Positions 38,591-49,399 of a DNA stretch of 64,000 bases are shown here, in pieces. Source of the DNA: Laetmonice hystrix. Taxonomy: Eukaryota. Where the stretch lies: positions 19,654,001-19,718,000 of the forward strand of contig OZ249437.1 in NCBI GenBank assembly GCA_965235115.1, read 5' to 3'. The stretch's first letter is position 1. Each line of letters starts with the position of its first letter. The position numbers and the translations under genes were made by a program. Under the pieces are notes generated by a model, which saw nothing but the letters and a program-made list of their open reading frames with translations, had not been told where the DNA came from and searched no databases.

Positions 38591-38685
38591 TTCAGGAGTT
38601 AGGGTTAGGTTTGGGGTGGAGAATAGAAATCAGTTTCTTGTTTACTTCTCATGGACCGACCACAGTGGAGCCTGCATGTGGCCTG

Positions 38686-38790
38686 CGTCCTCCACCGGAA
38701 GCTGAGTGTCCTCCACCGGAAGCTGAGTGTCCTCCACCGGAAGCTAAGTGTCCTCCACCGGAAGCTGAATGTCCTCTACCAGGAGCTGAA
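38686..38790 (+). repeat. 21-bp tandem repeat (GTCCTCCACCGGAAGCTGAGT), about 5 copies
   Basis: Direct periodicity. Confidence 0.9.
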
Positions 38791-38799
38791 TACCCTCCA

Positions 38800-40135
38800 A
38801 CTGATCTGGTAGCTGGAGGACAAAGCCGGTGACACTGGAGGTGATTGTCCTCCAGTTGATCTGGTAGCTAGAGGACAAAGCCGGTGACACTGGAGGTGAT
38901 TGTCCTCCAGTTGATCTGGTAGCTGGAGGACAAAGCCGGTGACACTGGAGGTGATTGTCCTCCAGTTGATCTGGTAGCTGGAGGACAAAGCCGGTGACAC
39001 TGGAGGTGATTGTCCTCCAGTTGATCTGGTAGCTGGAGGACAAAGCCGGTGACACTGGCGATGATTGTCCTCCAGTTGATCTGGTAGCTGGAGGACAAAG
39101 CCGGTGACACTGGAGGTGATTGTCCTCCAGTTGATCTGGTAGCTGGAGGACAAAGCCGGTGACACTGGAGGTGATTGTCCTCCGGTTGATCTGGTAGCTG
39201 GAGGACAAAGCCGGTGACACTGGAGGTGATTGTCCTCCAGTTGATCTGGTAGCTGGAGGACAAAGCCGGTGACACTGGAGGTGATTGTCCTCCAGTTGAT
39301 CTGGTAGCTAGAGGACAAAGCCGGTGACAATGGAGGTGATTGTCCTCCAGTTGATCTGGTAGCTAGAGGACAAAGCCGGTGACACTGGAGGTGATTGTCC
39401 TCCAGTTGATCTGGTAGCTGGAGGACAAAGCCAGTGACACTGGAGGTGATTGTCCTCCAGTTGATCTGGTAGCTAGAGGACAAAGCCGGTGACACTGGAG
39501 GTGATTGTCCTCCAGTTGATCTGGTAGCTGGAGGACAAAGCCGGTGACACTGGAGGTGATTGTCCTCCAGTTGATCTGGTAGCTAGAGGACAAAGCCGGT
39601 GACAATGGAGGTGATTGTCCTCCAGTTGATCTGGTAGCTAGAGGACAAAGCCGGTAACACTAGAGGTGATTGTCCTCCAGTTGATCTGGTAGCTGGAGGA
39701 CAAAGCCGGTGACACTGGAGGTGATTGTCCTCCAGTTGATCTGGTAGCTAGAGGACAAAGCCGGTGACAATGGAGGTGATTGTCCTCCAGTTGATCTGGT
39801 AGCTAGAGGACAAAGCCAGTGACACTGGAGGTGATTGTCCTCCAGTTGATCTGGTAGCTAGAGGACAAAGCCGGTAACACTAGAGGTGATTGTCCTCCAG
39901 TTGATCTGGTAGCTGGAGGACAAAGCCGGTGACACTGGAGGTGATTGTCTTCCAGTTGATCTGGTAGCTGGAGGACAAAGCCGGTGACACTGGAGGTGAT
40001 TGTCCTCCAGTTGATCTGGTAGCTGGAGGACAAAGCCGGTGACACTGGAGGTGATTGTCCTCCAGTTGATCTGGTAGCTGGAGGACAAAGCCAGTGACAC
40101 TGGAGGTGATTGTCCTCCAGTTGATCTGGTAGCAG
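38800..40135 (+). repeat. 55-bp minisatellite (GGAGGACAAAGCCGGTGACACTGGAGGTGATTGTCCTCCAGTTGATCTGGTAGCT), about 24 copies, each with an 11-bp inverted repeat
   Basis: Direct periodicity; CTGGAGGACAA and TTGTCCTCCAG are exact reverse complements. Confidence 0.97.
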
Positions 40136-40957
40136 GAGGGCGGATACACGGAGGGGGGGGGTGTCGAAGCTGAAACCTGTTTGTCGCAGCATTATAAGAT
40201 GTATTGCCGGCAGGTGCTGAATTGCTGAACAGATTGCAAATAGAGCTGAGTCTCATTGTATTGGGCGCCATTGATGGCCCTTTCCCCACCATGGGTTGGT
40301 ATCGGGAGGGGGGGGGGGGGCGGTCGTGCTGATCAGGCAGCTTTCCACAGTAATACTAGGGTGAGGCTGATTGCTGACTCGGTCGTCACAAGTGGTTGTA
40401 TATAGCGTTCATTGGTCTGCTGCACACATCAAAGAGGGCGCCACAAGCGGTGCCTTGTTTCATCTCATGCATTACTTATGTCGAACAGAGTAACGAACAG
40501 TTTGTAAATTTGCTCAACTTTCCACATGTAGTTTTGGTGGGGATATTGATCTCAGATTGACACTTGTGTTATGTGAGGGGTGCGCTGACATGACAGTTAC
40601 AGTAAGTGAAGGCCAGCGCTCTCTTACCATCTTATTGAATACCAGTGAACCGAGATGAGAGAGAGAAGGCAATCTTCCATCATCTGTGAATTAGGTTGGT
40701 TGTGTGATACCGGCGCTGACCCACCGATTTCATGCGACATTGACAGATATGTTGCCTTTTTGGTGGATTTTTAAGGGGATCTTCTTTATAGTTACCATGC
40801 ACCTTTACAAAGAGTAAAACTGGTGATGGACGAACTGGCCGTAATCTTACACCTCAGAGCCAACAAAATAAATTAGATCATTTCGGAAGGAAATGTGTTC
40901 GGGCACCAGAGAGAATATCTGTTGTCTTGTTCCGATACAGAATATTCGATTTCTCAG

Positions 40958-41120
40958 CTGGAGCAGGTGCCACCACAGCATTGCTTGCCTTTGATTATGG
41001 ACCAAGAATTCATGTGGGGTCTTAAATACTCTGGGCACATACAGGTTTTAACAACGACCCGTTGGGACGACTCTAAGCCCCGCCATTACGGATCGTGTTG
41101 CCATAAATACCAGACCACAG
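40958..41120 (+). CDS. Candidate internal exon (LEQVPPQHCLPLIMDQEFMWGLKYSGHIQVLTTTRWDDSKPRHYGSCCHKYQTT), phase 0 to 1, unknown protein
   Basis: GATTTCTCAG| acceptor, CAG|GTAAAT donor, exactly one open frame over 163 nt; no family recognised. Confidence 0.35.
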
Positions 41121-42590
41121 GTAAATGCCTACCTTTCAACTCTCATTTGAGCCCGAAAGCGAACCATGTCAGAACCCACTGGGGATGGTGCACCTGTCGC
41201 TTAACATTGTAATCCGGGACCTGAGAATGGGGCTTTAATTTACTGCTACGGATAATAAGGGTGGCTCCCTGCCAACCGTGTCAACTCGCGCCTGGTGTAC
41301 GGCAATATTAGGGCGTAGGTGGCGTGGTTTAAACATGCTGGGGGAACCTGGTCTAACTGCAAGGTCTTAAAGTCGTCAGCGCCTGCTGAGTATTTGATAT
41401 TTATTTGAAGGCGTTCAATTAATAACATTTCGGGCAGAATGTTCCTGTTCTATGGATCACAAGTGTTCCTGTTCAACGGATCCATAATGTTCCGGTCTTC
41501 TGTTTCATTTAGCATAATGTACCTGTTTCATGCACTGCTAATGTTCCAGTCTATGCACCACTAATGTCCCTGTTCCATGCATCAGTAATATCCGTGTTTC
41601 CTGCACCACCAGTTCCCGTGTTCCATGCACCACTAATGTTCTGTGAAGCGATCAGCTAAATGCCACCGAGTCGGCCATTTGGTGTCAGTGGAGTTTCCAA
41701 TGGAAGTCACTGAGAAAAATGATTAAATTTTCTGGCTCTTTGTTTTCCAATTGATGGAGTCTGAACAAAAAGTGCTGGCATGTCAGAAGTATGGTCGCCT
41801 GTCGAAGGGATTAATGGCCAGCCCGTAGATGGAGCGGGAGGCAAGGCAAACATGGCTGCACAAATTGGCCCCAGTGGCTTGTGTTTTCAGTGTAAATATC
41901 AAATATGGAAAGCTGGAATGTTCTGCCAAATAGTGAAACTTACTTCAGCTTAGGCGTGCGTCAAGGAACAAGAGTTTTCTGATGTTGTTTGACAGCGGAA
42001 AGCCAGTTAGGAAGGAATGACAGGGCGATTGGGCTCTGAGACTGTTGGCTAGAGTCGATATTGTTCGCCCCCTGCTTCAAAGAGGCGGCCACTTGAAAGG
42101 GGGGCCTGTGCGACAAGTAAGAATAATAAAGAAAAGTATAAAAAAAATAATGTTAGCCTTTGCCGCCCTTCACATTAAACCGTTACTGGACCATGACTTG
42201 TCCATGGCTTGGCGTGAAGTCGGAGATGTGTTCGGGGCTCTGTCTGATGGGTCGGTTGTCGAGTGGCGGGGGTTGCGGGGGTACGGGTGGGGCGTCAATC
42301 AAACCCTAGACACCACCTTGTCACCCCTGCAACCTGCCCACACCTACCCATTCCCTCCCACAGTGTCCTGAGGTAAATCCCAAGGTTACCTGGTGTTATC
42401 AGTTTGTAGCAGACTCCTTCAGGTCAGCTAGCTCCAGTGTGGACGCATGCTAGCCGACATTAAACCACGAGTAGTTTGATATTGAGATTCATTGCTCGCA
42501 GTGGTCATGGCCCTGGGTCGCTAACCCTCGTGTTCACCCACTGTTGTGGTGGTTACGAGGCGTGAGACAATGAAGATTGGTAGGCAGCAG

Positions 42591-44320
42591 TGGCCTTTCT
42601 TTGTGTACTACTTACTGTGAGTGTGTACAGGGCGGGAGGTAAGGTAGGCAAGGGTTGGGATCGTATGACTGGGGTGGGTGGGGATGTTCTGGCCTTGTAC
42701 TACTTACTGTGAGTGTGTACGGGGCGGGAGGTAAGGTAGGCAAGGGTTGGGATCGTATGACTGGGGTGGGTGGGGATGTTCTGGCCTTTCTTTGTGTACT
42801 ACTTACTGTGAGTGTGTACGGGTCGGGAGGTAAGGTAGGCAAGGGTTGGGATCGTATGACTGGGGTGGGTGGGGATGTTCTGGCCTTGTACTATTTACTG
42901 TGAGTGTGTACGGGGCGGGAGGTAAGGTAGGCAAGGGTTGGGATCGTATGACTGGGGTGGGTGGGGATGTTCTGGCCTTTCTTTGTGTACTACTTACTGT
43001 GAGTGTGTACGGGGCGGGAGGTAAGGTAGGCAAGGGTTGGGATCGTATGACTGGGGTGGGTGGGGATGTTCTGGCCTTGTACTATTTACTGTGAGTGTGT
43101 ACGGGGCGGGAGGTAAGGTAGGCAAGGGTTGGGATCGTATGACTGGGGTGGGTGGGGATGTTCTGGCCCTTCTTTGTGTACTACTTACTGTGAGTGTGTA
43201 CGGGTCGGGAGGTAAGGTAGGCAAGGGTTGGGATCGTATGACTGGGGTGGGTGGGGATGTTCTGGCCTTGTACTACTAACTGTGAGTGTGTACGGGTCGG
43301 GAGGTAAGGTAGGCAAGGGTTGGGATCGTATGACTGGGGTGGGTGGGGATGTTCTGGCCTTTCTTTGTGTACTACTTACTGTGAGTGTGTACGGGTCGGG
43401 AGGTAAGGTAGGCAAGGGTTGGGATCGTATGACTGGGGTGGGTGGGGATGTTCTGGCCTTTCTTTATGTACTACTTATTGTGAGTGTGTACGGGGCGGGA
43501 GGTAAGGTAGGCAAGGGTTGGGATCGTATGACTGGGGTTGGTGGGGATGTTCTGGCCTTTCTTTATGTACTACTCACTGTGAGTGTGTACGGGGCGGGAG
43601 GTAAGGTAGGCAAGGGTTGGGATCGTATGACTGGGGTGGGTGGGGATGTTCTGGCCTTTCTTTGTGTACTACTTACTGTGAGTGTGTACGGGGCGGGAGG
43701 TAAGGTAGGCAAGGGTTGGGATCGTATGACTGGGGTTGGTGGGGATGTTCTGGCCTTTCTTTATGTACTACTCACTGTGAGTGTGTACGGGGCGGGAGGT
43801 AAGGTAGGCAAGGGTTGGGATCGTATGACTGGGGTGGGTGGGGATGTTCTGGCCTTTCTTTATGTACTACTCACTGTGAGTGTGTACGGGGCGGGAGGTA
43901 AGGTAGGCAAGGGTTGGGATCGTATGACTGGGGTGGGTGGGGATGTTCTGGCCTTGTACTACTTACTGTGAGTGTGTACGGGTCGGGAGGTAAGGTAGGC
44001 AAGGGTTGGGATCGTATGACTGGGGTGGATGGGGATGTTCTGGCCTTTCTTTGTGTACTACTCACTGTGAGTGTGTACGGGGCGGGAGGTAAGGTAGGCA
44101 AGGGTTGGGATCGTATGACTGGGGTGGGTGGGGATGTTCTGGCCTTGTACTACTTACTGTGAGTGTGTACGGGTCGGGAGGTAAGGTAGGCAAGGGTTGG
44201 GATCGTATGACTGGGGTGGGTGGGGATGTTCTGGCCTTGTACTACTTACTGTGAGTGTGTATGGGGCGGGAGGTAAGGGGGTTGGGATCGTATCGGTACG
44301 TCCTACTGGGGTGGGTGGGG
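42591..44320 (+). repeat. G-rich 92/99-bp minisatellite, about 18 copies, partly arranged as 191-bp dimers
   Basis: TGGCC anchors at 42591, 42690, 42782, 42881, 42973; ORF offsets of 191. Confidence 0.97.
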
Positions 44321-45179
44321 GATGTTCTGGACACACTTCAGACAGCCTAACATATATGACGTCACTCAGAAATGGGAGAACTTATGAGAATTCATTAAAA
44401 GTTTAATGATTAACGCCATGCACTCATTGAGAGTGCCAAAATTAATTATATCCAATTTGTTTTTAAGAAGATGTCATTAAATGTGACATTCCTGATGTGC
44501 ACATTCCTTTTGCCACTCATGTTACTTGTTTTTGATGCTTTTAGCCACTTTCTGCAATGACTTTGAAAACACAGATGGTTTGTCTTGGGTGACAGTTTAA
44601 ATAGGCACCCTAATCCATCCGAATTAGGGGTTGTTTGGGATGGTAGTTCGGCCAAACGACTGAGGGGGTTTATTTGATGCAAGTGTAGCAGTAATCAGGG
44701 GACTCAACAATAAAATTGGCAAATTGTGTCAATGTCAAAAGAAATATAATGATGGGGAATTGAGCATGTGCTTGAGTTTTATTGAAGCTGTTCAGAACGA
44801 GATCGAGGGAAGAAACCCTGGTCAGCGTTAGTGATCATGTGCTCAGAAAACAAGTCGATCCTAATGGCGGCATTTCAAGGTGAACAGGAAACAGGAATTA
44901 ATATTGATGGGTTTCCAGCAGTCAGCGATGATCTGAGTGCTATTCGTCAAGATAAGTTTTTAAAGTAGGATTGATATCAAATATTTATTACAACCAAGAG
45001 TAATTCGATACGTTATACGCAGTCGTTTTCCCCTTGACGGAGCAGAGAAACACTTGAGACTGTGCCAGACAGTGACACCAACAGGGTTCCCACACATCCT
45101 GGACATTCTGGAAATCCTGAAAAAACAACACTGTCATGGAAAGTCATGGAATTAATTTATCAGATTTATGTGGGAACCC

Positions 45180-45480
45180 TGTACCAACCTGGATGCGACG
45201 TCACAGACAATGGTCTCTTCATAGAGATGTTCAGGCGTTCTGAGACTGTACCAGAGAGTGACACCAACCTGGATGTGACGTCACAGACAATGGTCTCTTC
45301 ATAGAGATGTTCAGGCGTTATGAGACTGTACCAGAGCGTGACACCAACCTGGATGTGACGTCACAGACAATGGTCTCTTCATAGAGATGTTCAGGCGTTA
45401 TGAGACTGTACCAGAGCGTGACACCAACCTGGATGTGACGTCACAGACAATGGTCTCTTCATAGAGATGTTCAGGCGTCA
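45180..45480 (+). repeat. 80-bp tandem repeat, about 4 copies, containing GTGACGTCAC
   Basis: GGATG(C/T)GACG at 45191, 45271, 45351 and 45431. Confidence 0.95.
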
Positions 45481-45939
45481 TGGACTTCTCAAAATCTGAG
45501 TCCCGTAAGTTTTAGTTCATCTCTCACAAGCGCCCAACTATACGATTGAGATTGAGGCTTAGCAGTATTACCAAACGGTGGCTTAAACTCTTGTCTGAGT
45601 GATATCATGAAATTAAAATTATCTTGATGACTCGAGAAGTCGAGTCCAAATTCAATTTACAATAGGATAATGTTACGGTAAGAATGGGTATTATTATTTG
45701 TAATCAGGTAATTAAGTGAAGACCCTCTGAATCAGCCTTGCACAAACCAGATGGGTTCTCTCATAAACAAACTTGGGTAGGATTAGGTAGAAAATCGAAA
45801 CTTCCACATGGACAAGAAGGTCTGATAGTGATGGGAAAACGGTTGATAATCGCGAAGTTAATATTGCCCCGAAACGTTTACAAGCAAGGTCCCTCCATAC
45901 TGAAATTGAAAAAAAATCCTGGATCTGCCACTGATATCC

Positions 45940-46435
45940 ACCCCGGCTTGTAGCAGACCGGGGGCCGGTGGGGAGTCCTCCCCGGCTTGTAGCAGACCGA
46001 CGGCCGGTGGGGAGTCGTCCCCGGCTTGTAGCAGACCGGCGACCGGTGGGGAGTCGTCCCCGGCTTGTAGCAGACCGGCGACCGGTGGGGAGTCGTCCCC
46101 GGCTTGTAGCAGACCGGCGACCGGTGGGGAGTCGTCCCCGGCTTGTAGCAGACCGGCGACCGGTGGGGAGTCGTCCCCGGCTTGTAGCAGACCGGCGACC
46201 GGTGGGGAGTCGTCCCCGGCTTGTAGCAGACCGGCGACCGGTGGGGAGTCGTCCCCGGCTTGTAGCAGACCGGCGACCGGTGGGGAGTCGTCCCCGGCTT
46301 GTAGCAGACCGGCGACCGGTGGGGAGTCGTCCCCGGCTTGTAGCAGACCGGCGACCGGTGGGGAGTCGTCCCCGGCTTGTAGCAGACCGACGGCCGGTGG
46401 GGAGTCCTCCCCGGCTTGTATCAGACCGTCGGCCG
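45940..46435 (+). repeat. 39-bp CpG-rich minisatellite (CCGGCTTGTAGCAGACCGGCGACCGGTGGGGAGTCGTCC), about 12 copies
   Basis: Direct periodicity; central copies identical. Confidence 0.97.
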
Positions 46436-46824
46436 GGTATGCCCGACGCCCGCAGCCGATGGAGAGGAATCCCCGGCGTTCCGGCGTAATCACCCAGTGC
46501 TAGCCCAGCCCATGAGAAACCAGCTGCCGGGTTCGAGTTCAAGGTCACTCTCAATTGGTCACGGTGACCTACAACTATTGGATATCGATTGGGTTGGGAT
46601 TGTACGGTGATGTAGGAGGGAGGTCGAGGTGACAGGGACGGTTTCCTCGGTTCTTCACGTATAGCCGACTTGTTTTATACCCTGTGTTTGACCTAGATGG
46701 TGGTTCCTGGTCTACATTTACCGCCTTTAGTTTCTAGTCACTCAGTTTTTATATTTCATGTCCCATCTCTAAGAGTTCTGGATCCCACGCCGTTAGGGGA
46801 GGAGTTATGTGCTCTGGAGTTAAC

Positions 46825-47120
46825 ATGTTAATATGTCCATGGTAGAACTTACCACCCACTGCGGGGAGTTAACAATATGTCCATGGTAGAACTTACCACC
46901 CACTGCGGGGAGTTAATATGTCCATGGTAGAACTTACCACCCACTGTGGGGAGTTAATATGTCCAAGGTAGAACTTACCACCCACTGTGGGGAGTTAATA
47001 TGTCCATGGTAGAACTTACCACCCACTGCGGGGAGTTAATATGTACATGGTAGAACCTACCACCCACTGCGGGGAGTTAATATGTCCATGGTAGAACCTA
47101 CCACCCACTGCGGGGAGTTA
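46825..47120 (+). repeat. 41-bp minisatellite (ATATGTCCATGGTAGAACTTACCACCCACTGCGGGGAGTTA), about 7 copies
   Basis: Direct periodicity; minus-strand GGTAAGTT in most units. Confidence 0.95.
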
Positions 47121-47591
47121 GCCGTATTTTCTGTCAGATTTATGTAGTTTGACGTTCCGTATCCCATGTCTCAGCCCAGTGGATCACGTGTCTGAAGAAA
47201 TAATTAACTTAATGTACTCTTGGGACATTTTAGGGCATTTGGTTTCATTGTTGTAATAGTCATGTTCAGCCCCAAGGCTAACTATCTGGGTCTTTATATT
47301 GGAAGTCAGGAAATTGCATGTTTAAAACTAGTCATGATGTTTTTCTTTTTTTTATTCCTTTATATATACCGGTTTTCAAAACTGCCCGTACATATATTAG
47401 CTTGGATATATAAACTTTATGTTTTGTAAGACCAGAGTTTGTTTAATAATCGCCGACCCGGCTGAGTCTGAGGAGACCTTTTAATTGGAATTTTAAATTG
47501 AGCATGCAGCCAGTTGATATTCAGAAACTGTAGCGTCTTTGAATAGAGTCAGGATTCCAGTGTATGATCCTGAGTGGGCAAGGCACTAGAA

Positions 47592-47720
47592 TTCCGTTAG
47601 GTAAGGATCCGTTAAGTCAGGATCCGTTAGGTCAGGATCAAATTCCGTTAGGTCAGGATCCGTTAGATCAGGATCAAATTCCGTTAGGTCAGGATCCGTT
47701 AGGTCAGGATCCGTTAGGTC
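47592..47720 (+). repeat. 15-bp tandem repeat (TTAGGTCAGGATCCG) with TCAAATTCCG inserts
   Basis: Direct periodicity. Confidence 0.88.
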
Positions 47721-47782
47721 CTCCCCATGCTCCTCCTGCTTCTCCTTTCTGCTCACCCTCCCCTCCGTCACCCCTCCCCTGC

Positions 47783-47822
47783 CGCTGCTGCTGCTGCTGC
47801 TCCTCCTCCTCCTCCTCCTCCC
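47783..47822 (+). repeat. Adjacent (GCT)n and (CCT)n microsatellites
   Basis: Direct. Confidence 0.85.
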
Positions 47823-48744
47823 CACAATGACAGGCCCTTTCTGAAGGCATGTTGTGTTCGGTCAGGCATCCTCCTCCACCGGTCCCAGCAGACCGCCGCC
47901 CTGTCATCTTCAGTAATGTTTAATTTCCTTATTCCGGTAAGAGTCATGAATAAAGTGTGTCCACAAAGAGAGCGCACAGATGTTGAAGCAGTGAACCGAG
48001 GGCGTAGTGATATTTGACTGGAGTCCGTGAAAGCTCAGAGACAAACTGATATTGAATGGTCGGGAGGTGGAGTCAACGACAGGTCGAAATTAACCAAAAG
48101 CCACGGGCACGGACCATTAGGGCATCATGTATCCATACAGGGTACATGAAGTCAGTGATGGTAAAAGGTAATTATTGTCAGCAACGAAAAGCTCATGATT
48201 GGATAATTTTCCAAGTATTGCTTTGTGACTGCTGAGATCAGAGAAAGCTTCACGTGAATTTATTAGTTAACAGTAGAAGTATTGTGAGCTGTATATTAGT
48301 GTCAGTCCTGATTCCAGGGCCGCTCAGTCAGGAAGTGAAGTATATTCTTCTGTCCATGTACCTCCCACTGTTAATGGACATTGAGGTAGCCAAGCTCTGT
48401 GGGGAATAAAGTAAGATGACACACAATGTACTGCAGGTCTACCTGGAGCCACCGCTGGGATGGCAGTGGTGCCCTGATAATTGACGGTATTTTTATTGGC
48501 ATCACTCGATGCTCCGTCCAGGAGTTGGATACAGTTCCATTAAAATGTTTACCACATACTCAGACCTCCCGAAGGATGGCTGAAGTCGAGGATTGCCAAG
48601 GTGTAATTGAACTCCAAGGTCTGATTAAGATGTACCTCCCCATCAGGCTGAACACAATGAAATTTCAGACTGGTATCATCTTTCTCCGATGACCTTGACG
48701 AAGGTTGGCAGTATCCGGTTGGTTACCTTCATGGACAGAGTATG

Positions 48745-48816
48745 TAGAGCGGTCACACGGCGTGTGTGAGCGGTCACACGGCGTGTGTGAGCGGTCACAC
48801 GGCGTGTGTGACCGCT
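48745..48816 (+). repeat. 21-bp repeat (GAGCGGTCACACGGCGTGTGT), 3 copies, ending in an 11-bp perfect hairpin
   Basis: AGCGGTCACAC (48790-48800) and GTGTGACCGCT (48806-48816). Confidence 0.88.
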
Positions 48817-49399
48817 GTATTTATCCTGGTCGATGAGGTGAGTGGGAAGCAATGCCTGACCATGGACTGTCAGCCTCTACCCGTTCAGGATGGTAACAGT
48901 GGGTTAGTGATAACAGATAATTGATTCACAATACAAGTGTCTCACTGATGCTGAACCAAACACCACAGTGGTCAGGAATATTTAAGTTCCCCAAGTTCCT
49001 CAAGTTGTGTAGTAGGACACGTGTACTGTGTATACCCGGTTCTGTCTAGGTCCTACGCTTACATCAGACCAAGGACACAATTTGACATTGATTCCGAGCG
49101 GCGGCATGACGTCCACATGGCCCGAGAGAGATCTAAAATGATGGTGATTGTACTGATTTGGAAGCAGGCTTGTTCTCCAAAGCGGTACTCGCTCCGTCGT
49201 TGTCTCTTCACCCGAGCTGCCCTTCGAGCACAATCGGCTGCCATTCCTGACTCCGGTAGCCAGTGGTGCCACTGGCCTCGGGTGGTGGGGGATGAAAGGT
49301 CTGGGGGTCGTTTCAATAACACATAGGTTTGACCGGCGGCCGGACCGAAATGCCTGACTCTCTCACCAAGAGAAAGGCTGACGGGCAGTTAGTGTTAGA

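Noticed and set aside
46495-46545. GGGTTCGAGTTC resembling a Pol III B box (tRNA or SINE)
   Set aside because: No convincing A box or cloverleaf.
45712-46554. 280-aa Arg-rich ORF
   Set aside because: Mostly the 39-bp array; the flanking parts have no recognisable domain and other frames are equally open.
47704-48017. ORFs with poly-E/Q or poly-A/P tracts
   Set aside because: Produced by (GCT)n and (CCT)n microsatellites and open in several frames on both strands.
48434-48454. RWLQVDL on the minus strand, resembling a discoidin (F5/8 type C) motif
   Set aside because: An isolated 7-mer; the surrounding frame lacks the other domain motifs and is bounded by a stop with no acceptor.
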